Below are positions 20,521 to 28,848 of a DNA stretch of 64,000 nt, one piece after another (position 1 is the first letter of the stretch; each line of letters starts with the position of its first letter). The DNA lies in NCBI GenBank assembly GCA_965225855.1, contig CBDDCK010000004.1, positions 64,001 to 128,000 on the forward strand, given 5' to 3'. The DNA is from Spirochaetia bacterium (GTDB taxonomy: Bacteria; Spirochaetota; Spirochaetia; SP-2023). A program made the position numbers and the translations under genes. The notes beneath the pieces were generated by a model. It was not told the origin of the DNA. It searched no databases and worked only from the letters and a program-made list of their open reading frames with translations.

Positions 20521-20651
20521 ATAAGACTGCCAAGTAAATAGAGTAGAAAAATCAATTTAAATATTGCTTTTATAGTATATAATAAAAGCACCAAAAATAA
20601 AAGTGCCAAACGGCTATTGTATTAAACAAACCAATTGTAACATATAAAGAC

Positions 20652-22355
20652 TTATAAATATCGGTTTAAAAGTTGTTCAGCATGCGCTAAAGATACAGGA
20701 TTTTTTGTATCTCCAGAGAGCATGCGCGCTAATTCTGCAGGCCGTTTTTCTGGAGTTAATTCATAAATACTTATCTTCGTATTATTTGTATCGTATAATT
20801 TATCAATTTTGATGTGGGTACTGGCACTGGCTGCAATGGAAGCCAAATGGGTTACACAGAGTATTTGTTTATGCTGGCTCAATTGGTGAATATGTTGGGC
20901 CAATTTGCTACCCGTTTCTCCACCAATACCCGTATCAATTTCGTCAAAAATGATCGATTCGATACTGCTATTACCAGCCCTTTGAGCTGGTTCACTTTTT
21001 ATCGCCAGCATGATGCGAGATATTTCGCCACCAGAAGCAACTTGCTGTACTTCATGAAAATTTTCTCCGGAATTGGCAGCTAGCATAAATCGAGCTTTGT
21101 CAATGCCATAACTCTGGCATAAAATATGGCCATTTTCGTTACTTCGGTGCGATAATTCAATCTGAAATTTTGCCTGCCCCATACCCAAATTATGAAGATT
21201 TTCTTCAATACGCTGCGAAAGCATTGCTGCGTATTTTTTGCGCTGCTGGCTCAAAAATTGTGCTTCCTGCATGAGTTGCTTTTCCCAAGTCTGAAGTTGT
21301 TCTTTTTGTTGAACAATAAAATCTCCGCTATTTTCCAAGGAAGTCAGTTTATTTGCTGCTTCACGGCCAAATTGAACCGCTTCATTCAGTGAAGAATTGC
21401 CATATTTACGGCTCAAGAGAATGAGTTTGCTCAAACGCTGATCAAGCTGTTGCAATTGTTCTGGATTAACTTGCAGCTTATTTTTTTCTTCTTTACAGCT
21501 ATCTAATATATCTTCAATTTCAATATAAGCGGACTGAAGCCGAGGCAGCAATTCAGCAACAGAGCCCAATTTTTTTGCCAAAGAAGTCAGTTGCGACTGG
21601 CTGCGATCGAGTAAAATCAATGCCTCTCGGCCGACTTTGATAAATTGATCAAATTGCTGCAGGAGGCTTTCGGCATTGCTAAGCAGCTCAATTTGCTCAC
21701 TAAGATTTTGATCTTCATTTTCTTGTGGCTTTAGTTCTTCCATTTCTTCAATTGCTTTACGCAAATAAGCAATTTGTTCTTGCTCTTTACCGGCCATTAG
21801 CTCCGCGTCAGCCAATTCTTTTTTCTTTTGATTGAGCTCTTGAAAGGTTTTGCCAAATTGTTCCACCCGAGAATTCAATTGCGCATAATTGTCCAACAAC
21901 CGCAATTGCTGGCGACTATGGTATAGAGATTGGTTTTGGTGTTGCCCGTGTAAATCAAAAAGCAAAGCCATAAATTCTGCCAATTTATTCCTTGCCATAG
22001 GAATATGTTGGATATAGCAAGAATTTTTGCCATTGTCCTTCAAAATGCGCCGCACTGTCAATTCTGAAGCTTCGTTTGGAATTTCACTTTCTAACGGAAT
22101 TTCATAACTTTTCAACCAATCGTTGGCTTCTCTATTTTTTGCTTCGATGCTCAAAAGCCCAATAACTTCAGCTTCACTGCACCCTTTGCGGACAAAAGCA
22201 CTATCCCCTTTATGGCCTAAAATTAGACCTATAGCACCCACGAGCAAAGATTTACCTGCACCAGTCTCACCGGTGAAGACATTAAACCTAGGTCCCAATT
22301 GAACACAAACATTTTCAAAAAGGGCGTAGTTGCGAATATGAAGCTCTTTTAACAT
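20652..22355 (-). CDS. recN: DNA repair protein RecN
   Basis: TGETGAGKS, DLHGQHQNQ, ASGGEISRIMLA, FDEIDTGIGG and CVTHL motifs. Confidence 0.97.
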   Translation of the reverse strand: MLKELHIRNYALFENVCVQLGPRFNVFTGETGAGKSLLVGAIGLILGHKGDSAFVRKGCSEAEVIGLLSIEAKNREANDWLKSYEIPLESEIPNEASELTVRRILKDNGKNSCYIQHIPMARNKLAEFMALLFDLHGQHQNQSLYHSRQQLRLLDNYAQLNSRVEQFGKTFQELNQKKKELADAELMAGKEQEQIAYLRKAIEEMEELKPQENEDQNLSEQIELLSNAESLLQQFDQFIKVGREALILLDRSQSQLTSLAKKLGSVAELLPRLQSAYIEIEDILDSCKEEKNKLQVNPEQLQQLDQRLSKLILLSRKYGNSSLNEAVQFGREAANKLTSLENSGDFIVQQKEQLQTWEKQLMQEAQFLSQQRKKYAAMLSQRIEENLHNLGMGQAKFQIELSHRSNENGHILCQSYGIDKARFMLAANSGENFHEVQQVASGGEISRIMLAIKSEPAQRAGNSSIESIIFDEIDTGIGGETGSKLAQHIHQLSQHKQILCVTHLASIAASASTHIKIDKLYDTNNTKISIYELTPEKRPAELARMLSGDTKNPVSLAHAEQLLNRYL

Positions 22356-22382
22356 AGGAAGTCCCCAATCTTATACAAAAAG

Positions 22383-23570
22383 TTAGCAACGGAGTACACT
22401 GTGCCAACCTAGTTTCGTACGGATATTCTCAAAATAACTATTGTTGTGCGACATAGCTAGAAACTGAATGCGTTCTTCACTGCTTGTAATGTAGACACTT
22501 TCTCCGGGATAAAGTTCCCCTAGTGGCCAACCATCTATCGCTACAGAAAGAGGATAGGTACTTCGGTCATAGAGCTCTTGAGTATATTTTTCTGTCGTTT
22601 GCGTTTTCTGCTCTTTAGGTATGTTGTAAGGCATAGGATTGGGCATAGATTTGACGATAGGCCCTGGAGGTGTAATAGCTGAATTGCGTATAAACAAGTA
22701 GACATCGCTAGGCACCACCACGGGCCGGGTGGCCAATGAAAAAGGAGAAACAGAAGTAATAATTAGCGCATCCATTTCCGCATCAACAATGGGACCACCG
22801 GCAGCCAGAGAATATGCGGTGGAACCCGTAGGCGTTGCCACAATAATTCCATCACCTTGAATGGGAATACTAGAATTGCCAACTTGTAGTTCAATGTCGG
22901 CCACCAAGCCAGCACGATAGGTAGAAATAGCTACTTCATTGAGGGCAAAAAGGCTTCGGTGATGCTTAGGATTTTGATAGGCATCTAATGTCCATGCTTT
23001 CAACATCATTCGAGAACTGTAGACAAAGGCCCCAGAAAAAATGCTTGCCATAGAAGCTTTCATATTGTGAAAGGAAATACTGGTAATATAGCCAAGCGTA
23101 CCGGTGTTGATCGGCAAAATGGGAATTTGGCGGAACGGGGAATAACAAAGGTATTTTAGTACCGTACCATCGCCACCAATCGTAATAACCAAATCAAAAA
23201 TTTCTTGAATATTTATACCGAACAAAAGTTCATCAAGATGCTGCTCATAATATTCTGAAGGCTGAGATTGTAAAGGGATATGTAGGTAATGGGCAATATA
23301 TTCGAGCAAATGCGCACGTGAAGGCGCAAATTCGCTATACACCAAAGACTCAATACCTTTGCTTTTTAAGATGGATAAAAGCTCTTTTAAGCAAGAGTAT
23401 GTTTTGGCTTTACTAGGATTTGCGTAAATGAATACACGGCGGATAATTTTGTTTGTGCCCTTATCGACAATACAAAAATGGTTTTCATTAGCAGGCTCCA
23501 GCGGAAATAATGTAGGTTCTTGAGGCTGGCTAAATTCTGTAAATAAAATATTTTGTTCGGTTTTTGACAT
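22383..23570 (-). CDS. nadK: NAD+ kinase
   Basis: GGDGT, GTLGY, NE, DGIIVATPTGSTAYSLAAGGP; adjacent to recN. Confidence 0.92.
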   Translation of the reverse strand: MSKTEQNILFTEFSQPQEPTLFPLEPANENHFCIVDKGTNKIIRRVFIYANPSKAKTYSCLKELLSILKSKGIESLVYSEFAPSRAHLLEYIAHYLHIPLQSQPSEYYEQHLDELLFGINIQEIFDLVITIGGDGTVLKYLCYSPFRQIPILPINTGTLGYITSISFHNMKASMASIFSGAFVYSSRMMLKAWTLDAYQNPKHHRSLFALNEVAISTYRAGLVADIELQVGNSSIPIQGDGIIVATPTGSTAYSLAAGGPIVDAEMDALIITSVSPFSLATRPVVVPSDVYLFIRNSAITPPGPIVKSMPNPMPYNIPKEQKTQTTEKYTQELYDRSTYPLSVAIDGWPLGELYPGESVYITSSEERIQFLAMSHNNSYFENIRTKLGWHSVLRC

Positions 23571-23658
23571 TATACCAATGAGTTTGCTACTTGTAAATTC
23601 TTTCTACAGTAATACTATTTAAGCGATGCAACCAAGCTTTTTGTAAAGAGCACTTGTA

Positions 23659-25086
23659 GTGGAATCTACCCTATCATACAAGTATACTGCTGCTATGACT
23701 ATTCCTTTATTAGCATCTATTTCTTTTATTTCCCTTATACCGCATGAAAGCCAATTGTCTAAAAAGATTCAGCCCCAAATGGAAATCACAGAATTTGCAA
23801 TTTACAATGCGAAGCAGTACCAAAACTTTTTCGCAGCTAAAGCGTCTTTCGGCTCTACTTCATTTTTACAATCGGCTTTTTGGGGCCAATTTAAAAGTAA
23901 ACAAGGCTGGAGGCCGCATTATTTTTATGGCAAGATACACGAAAGCAAAAACTTTGAATATAAAGAAGAATATGAATTCGCATTTTTAGTGTTAAGCCGT
24001 TCTTTATTACCCAAAGCACTTCCTGCATTGTTTTCTATTGCTTATATTCCTTTTGGTCCTATATTTTCACACCCGCAAAATGCTTCCTGCGAATTTTCAA
24101 AACTAGTTGAATCATGGAATCCTTTTGCCGATAGTCAGCAGTATTTTACTATATGCCGACTAATTGGGCAAAAATTATTGGGCTATATTCCTCTTTCTTG
24201 TTTTTTTATTCGCTTGGATAGCAATTATTTATTGCGTTGGCAGCCCGCTTTGCCAAGCCGAGCCCATGCCGCAGAGGCCAAAGAGCAAGCAGAGGTACCG
24301 AAAAAATCGCAAACAAAGTTAGACACAGAACAACCAATGGGGCAGGAATTTGGTTTTTGCCGGGCCATTCAGCGAGTCCAAGTTCCCACTACCGTATTGC
24401 TGGAAATCCATTGCAGTGAAGAGCAATTATTATCGCAGATGCATAAAAAACATCGCTACAATATTCGCCTAGCGCAAAAAAAAGGGGTAGAAATCCATTG
24501 CATTGCTGCTTGGGGAAATGGGCAAGATGAGCAAAATTGGCAAGAAAGTTTGGAAGAATGGTACCGTCTTTACCAAATTACTGCCGAGCGAGATCAAATT
24601 GGTATTCATAAATTTTCTTATTACCGAAGTTTGTTTGAGCAACAACGCGAAGATGCTCAATTATTTTTGTATTTGGCCTACAGCCGGCAAAATGCTAGAT
24701 CACAAGATGTAGAAGAAACGGCTAGACAAATTTTGGCTGGTATTATTGTATTGCACTGTGGGCAAACAGCCACATATTTATACGGGGCTTCTGCCAATGA
24801 ACATCGCAAGCTAATGCCCAATTATTTACTGCAATGGCAGGCCATTTGCCAAGCGCGCACGGCGGGGCTGCAATACTATGATTTTTTTGGTATACCAGCC
24901 CATGCTGACCCGAAAGACCCTTTGCATGGGCTGTATCGTTTTAAAGTGGGTTTTGGTGGCTATTTAATTCAGCGCAGCGGAGCGTGGGATTTAGCTTACA
25001 GCAAGGTTTTTTATGGCCTGTACCGCTTATTGGAAAAAATCCGTTTGCTGCTTTATCATTTGCGCCACCGTGGCCATCGTAGGTAA
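23659..25086 (+). CDS. FemABX-family peptidoglycan peptidyltransferase
   Basis: FLQSAFWGQFK, RYNIRLAQKKGV, YLYGAS, PNYLLQWQAI, YDFFGI and GLYRFKVGFGG motifs; start uncertain. Confidence 0.9.
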   Translation: MESTLSYKYTAAMTIPLLASISFISLIPHESQLSKKIQPQMEITEFAIYNAKQYQNFFAAKASFGSTSFLQSAFWGQFKSKQGWRPHYFYGKIHESKNFEYKEEYEFAFLVLSRSLLPKALPALFSIAYIPFGPIFSHPQNASCEFSKLVESWNPFADSQQYFTICRLIGQKLLGYIPLSCFFIRLDSNYLLRWQPALPSRAHAAEAKEQAEVPKKSQTKLDTEQPMGQEFGFCRAIQRVQVPTTVLLEIHCSEEQLLSQMHKKHRYNIRLAQKKGVEIHCIAAWGNGQDEQNWQESLEEWYRLYQITAERDQIGIHKFSYYRSLFEQQREDAQLFLYLAYSRQNARSQDVEETARQILAGIIVLHCGQTATYLYGASANEHRKLMPNYLLQWQAICQARTAGLQYYDFFGIPAHADPKDPLHGLYRFKVGFGGYLIQRSGAWDLAYSKVFYGLYRLLEKIRLLLYHLRHRGHRR

Positions 25087-25452
25087 GTAAATAACGGCTA
25101 AAAAATTCTAGGCAATCTTGACCTTTTGTTTTTCAATCCCCAAGAATCTCCCTAAGAAAAGCTACTGAAAGGAAAATTATGGCTAAAATACTGTCAATTT
25201 AGATTTGGACAGGGTCTAAAATATAATTTATGGATTGCTATCAAGTTTGTTTAAGTATAGATACGGAAAAGTAACAATTATGGATTGGGTAATTCCATTA
25301 GATAAGCCCATGGCTAAGGAATTAGTTAAAATACTTTAAGAGTTTATTGCTAAGACTTAGAAAATGAATAGACAGTAGAGAAACAACCTTTAGCCAGCCA
25401 TAGCTATTGCCAGCCATAGCCTTTTACAATACACTCCCTATAAATAAAGGGT

Positions 25453-26169
25453 ATGATAATGGCTAAAATATGCGGGGTTCTGGCAATGCAAGGTGATTAT
25501 GCCAAACATTGCGAGGCTCTATCACATTGCGGTGTAGAAAGCTTGGAAGTACGCAATCTAGCAGATTTGCGCCGCTGTGAACGCTTGATTATACCGGGAG
25601 GTGAAAGCACCACCATCTACCGCTTGCTAAGCAAACAAGGCCTATGTCAGCCATTGTTGGAACGGGTGCAAGCGGGCATGCCGATGTTTGGAACATGTGC
25701 TGGCATGATACTACTTTCGCGCAATATTATCGCTAGCGGACAGGCATTCCAATATACCGACCAGCCTACTTTAGCTGTTATGGACTTGACCATACAGCGC
25801 AATGCCTATGGCCCTCAAATCGCTAGTTTTTGCACCGAACTAAGCCTAGCAGAACAAGGTTTAGAAAGCCCTTTGTTCCAGCGCTTTCTACAAAAGAGAC
25901 CAGAGCAGACAACGCTACCTTTAGTGTTTATTCGCGCTCCTATTGTGCTTAGCTGGGGTACTAGTGTACAAGTGTTATTGCGCTGCCCTCCTCCAAAGCA
26001 ACTTTGGCGACTTTGGCCACTTTGGCAATCAAGGCAAGATAGCCAAGCTCCAAACTCTGCACAAGCTCACCAAGCAGTATGCTTTCAGCAAAACAATATA
26101 CTGGCTTGTAGCTTCCACCCTGAATTAGAGCACAATACCCTGTTACATGAATACTTTTTAAGTTTGTGA
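25453..26169 (+). CDS. pdxT: PLP synthase glutaminase subunit
   Basis: GVLAMQG, IPGGESTT, GTCAGMI, RNAYG, VFIRAP and SFHPEL motifs. Confidence 0.93.
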   Translation: MIMAKICGVLAMQGDYAKHCEALSHCGVESLEVRNLADLRRCERLIIPGGESTTIYRLLSKQGLCQPLLERVQAGMPMFGTCAGMILLSRNIIASGQAFQYTDQPTLAVMDLTIQRNAYGPQIASFCTELSLAEQGLESPLFQRFLQKRPEQTTLPLVFIRAPIVLSWGTSVQVLLRCPPPKQLWRLWPLWQSRQDSQAPNSAQAHQAVCFQQNNILACSFHPELEHNTLLHEYFLSL

Positions 26170-26208
26170 AACTGGTACAAATTAGACTATACCCAGGCTG
26201 TAATTGGC

Positions 26209-26243
26209 AAAAGCAGCCTTGATAAAAAACTTACCAAGGCTGC
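26209..26243 (-). terminator. Intrinsic terminator after lipoprotein copy A
   Basis: GCAGCCTTG/CAAGGCTGC stem then TTTT on - strand; related sequence follows copy B. Confidence 0.65.
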
Positions 26244-26277
26244 AATTGGCCAATGCAAGCGTTGCAACAACCAAACC

Positions 26278-28092
26278 CTACCTTACAACACTAATACTAG
26301 TGCTTAGGTTTTCTGGACTACCAGGTACAAATTCTGCTGCTGTTTCCAGGTTGTATGCACCATTATTATCACTTTTACCCCCCTTAACCAGTATCTTATC
26401 GACTTCCGCTTTTACACTACCCCTTAAAGTAATATTTAATCTTGTTGTACTTGCACTAGAACCTGTGGCTCTGTTTACACCTTCATTTGCGTGCCGGGGT
26501 AATGGGTATCTCTTCTTACCATCACCGGATACAATCGTCAATTTGCTAAAGTCCCAGTCTGTAACTGCTCTCGGTAACCTGACACCTCTAATAGTTAACT
26601 CGCCTCCATAATAATCGTAGACTGCACTGGTGATGCTGGCTACATACCCACTAACGGTAATCGGGTTGCTTGGGTCTTCTGCGCTACCACCTGCAAAGCC
26701 TGCTGCTGCTTCCAGGTTGTATGCACCATTAGCATCACGAACACCTTCCTTAACCAGTATCTTCTCGGCTTCCGCTTTTACACTACCGCTTAAAGTAATA
26801 CTTAAGTAGGTTGTACCTGCACGAGAACCTGTGGCTGTGTTTTCACCTGCAGTTTCGTGCCGGGGTAATGGGTATCTCTTACTACCATCACCGGATACAA
26901 TCGTCAATTTGCTAAAGTCCCAGTCTGCAACTGCTCTCGGTAACTTGATACCTCTAATATATAACTCGCCTGTATTAGCATTGTAGGTTGCACTGGTGAT
27001 GCTGGCTGTATACCCGCTAACGGTAATAGGATTGGTTGTGTCTTCTGCGCTACCACCTGCAAAGCCTGCTGCTGCTTCCAGGTTGTATGCACCATTAGCA
27101 TCACTATCACCATCGTTAACCAGTATCTTCTCGGCTTCCGTTTTTACACTACCGATTAAAGTAATCTGTAAGCCTGTTGCACTTGCACGAGAACCTATGG
27201 CTCTGTTTCTACTTTCAAAACCTACGGCTCTGTTTTCTGGCCGGGGTAATGTGTATCTCTTACTACCATCACCGGATACAATCGTCAATTTGCTAAAGTC
27301 CCAGCCTCTAACTGCTGCTGGTAAATTAGTACCTGTAATCACTAACAAGCCTAAAGTAACATTGTAGGTTGCACGGGTAATTGCGGGGTCGGGTAGCTTA
27401 GGCGATTCATCATCGACTTGTTCGACTTGTTCAGCTTGTTCGTCTTTAGGTTGCTTAGGCGACTGATCTTCGGTTTCAGTCTTAGACTGCTTATCTTCGA
27501 CTTCTTCGGTTTGTTCGGCTTCGGGTAGTTCAGGCGACTGATCTTCAGCTTGTTCAGCTTGTTCGTCTTCAGTTTGCTTACGCGATTGATCATCGACTTG
27601 TTCGGCTGCGGGTATATTCCTAACGGTTAAGTCTTTGGCTGTATCTAAACCCGCCCAACTACCAGAGCTAACGCTAAGCAAGCCTTTTTTTAGACCATTG
27701 CTACCCACCTTGCCATTCAGAGTAGCTTTATCGGCATCGGTAAGTCTAAGCCAAAGTGCTGTGCCATCGCTTTTAATACGGTACTTACCTTGTTCAAGAC
27801 CGTTACTATTTACCCCAGTGGGTTTGGCATCTGCAGTATAGGCACTGAAGGCTACACCATTTGTTCGGCTTCCTACCCTGATAGTTTGGATTTGCGCTTG
27901 TTTCACACTGGTAGGACTTAAGTCAGTACCTTGTACGGTTAACAGAGCCGTAGCAAAGTCGTAGATAGCGTTATTGATAGTCGGCCCAGACGGCCCAGAA
28001 GATGGTGCATCGTCATCGGGTGGGGCGCAGGCCAAGGCCATAAAGGCCAGTAGCCAGGCTACAGGCAATAAAAATAGTTTGAGCTTATACAT
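26278..28092 (-). CDS. Modular repeat surface lipoprotein, copy A
   Basis: GGAGG RBS, MYKLKL...MALAC lipobox; one N-type domain, acidic E/Q/D/K/P linker, three ~120-125 aa repeats (IT.A.Y...WDFSKLTIVSGDG.KRY.LPR...GAYNLE.AA.F..GS.E). Confidence 0.85.
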   Translation of the reverse strand: MYKLKLFLLPVAWLLAFMALACAPPDDDAPSSGPSGPTINNAIYDFATALLTVQGTDLSPTSVKQAQIQTIRVGSRTNGVAFSAYTADAKPTGVNSNGLEQGKYRIKSDGTALWLRLTDADKATLNGKVGSNGLKKGLLSVSSGSWAGLDTAKDLTVRNIPAAEQVDDQSRKQTEDEQAEQAEDQSPELPEAEQTEEVEDKQSKTETEDQSPKQPKDEQAEQVEQVDDESPKLPDPAITRATYNVTLGLLVITGTNLPAAVRGWDFSKLTIVSGDGSKRYTLPRPENRAVGFESRNRAIGSRASATGLQITLIGSVKTEAEKILVNDGDSDANGAYNLEAAAGFAGGSAEDTTNPITVSGYTASITSATYNANTGELYIRGIKLPRAVADWDFSKLTIVSGDGSKRYPLPRHETAGENTATGSRAGTTYLSITLSGSVKAEAEKILVKEGVRDANGAYNLEAAAGFAGGSAEDPSNPITVSGYVASITSAVYDYYGGELTIRGVRLPRAVTDWDFSKLTIVSGDGKKRYPLPRHANEGVNRATGSSASTTRLNITLRGSVKAEVDKILVKGGKSDNNGAYNLETAAEFVPGSPENLSTSISVVR

Positions 28093-28155
28093 AAGCAATA
28101 CCTCCAACAATGGATAAAGATTAACCAACCCATACGGGCTAGTCTGTAAATCCCC

Positions 28156-28182
28156 ATTTTGCTAGGGGGGGTGTTGCGTCAA
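28156..28182 (-). promoter_or_regulatory. Putative promoter of copy A with C7 tract in spacer
   Basis: - strand TTGACG-caacaCCCCCCCtag-CAAAAT (15-bp spacer); A-tracts upstream; conserved in copy B. Confidence 0.55.
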
Positions 28183-28384
28183 GGCCTATATAAGCTTTTT
28201 GTAAGTTTTTTGTGCTTTTTTTGTGTCTTAGTGTTGTAAGGTGGTTCAAAATCCATGCCAATCAAAAGGCTTGGGGGTATGCGATAGCAGGCGCAACGCC
28301 AACTATGCCAACCGTGCCAACCCAACCATGCCAACCATTGGGCGGTATCAATATATCGCAGTTGGGGTCATCGGCCCGCAATAT

Positions 28385-28537
28385 ATAGCCAGATATTGTG
28401 CAAGTCGTCTAAAATGCCAGCATTGATGCTGTGGGCTACGGTGAAAGCATCGGCATACTGGCCCTATTTGAGGTCGTCCCAGTTTTGGCTTTCTACGATG
28501 TTGTTGGGTTTTAGGAAGTCTATGGCTTGCTTATTTT
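28385..28537 (-). pseudogene. Remnant of Mu-like phage head morphogenesis protein (gpF) N-terminus
   Basis: - strand reads KQAIDFLKPNNIVESQNWDDLK*GQYADAFTVAHSINAGILDDLHNI, with in-frame TAG at 28464-28466; resembles the gpF A.AFTVA motif (recall). Confidence 0.6.
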
Positions 28538-28579
28538 TATGGTTTTTAGTGCCTTGCTATGATACATCTTTCCGCCTTC

Positions 28580-28648
28580 GATCAATACCTTACTCCAATG
28601 CGGATCAATACCTTGCTCCAATGCGGAACAAGGCATTACTCCAACTTG
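28580..28648. repeat. 23-bp tandem repeat, two near-identical units plus one degenerate
   Basis: GATCAATACCTTACTCCAATGCG / GATCAATACCTTGCTCCAATGCG / GAACAAGGCATTACTCCAACTTG. Confidence 0.8.
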
Positions 28649-28736
28649 CTATAATATATTGTAGATGGCCTTATTAATAGTCGGCCCAGACGTCCCATAC
28701 GGCCCAGAAGAAGGCGCATCGTCATCGGGTGGGGTG
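28649..28736 (-). pseudogene. Third, decayed 5' fragment of the repeat lipoprotein family
   Basis: TPPDDDAPSSGPYGTSGPTINKAIYNIL* matches the mature N-terminus of copy A (APPDDDAPSSGPSGPTINNAIYD); no signal peptide upstream. Confidence 0.8.
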
Positions 28737-28848
28737 TTGGTTGGAGGTGGGGCAGTTATTGGTTGGGTGTTGGGGTGGGTTATAGGGATTGATACCCAAC
28801 CAAAGGGAAAACAAAGAGAAACCCAAATAAAAACGCTTTAAATTCTAG

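Noticed and set aside
26204..26611. Antisense ORFs over the lipoproteins (also 62026-62550), similar to each other
   Set aside because: Similarity follows from the duplicated cassette; they are shadows of the real genes with no RBS or recognisable domain
28580..28648. CRISPR array (also considered 59995-60040 and 62471-62533)
   Set aside because: Units are contiguous tandem repeats with no unique spacers, and there are no cas genes in the window
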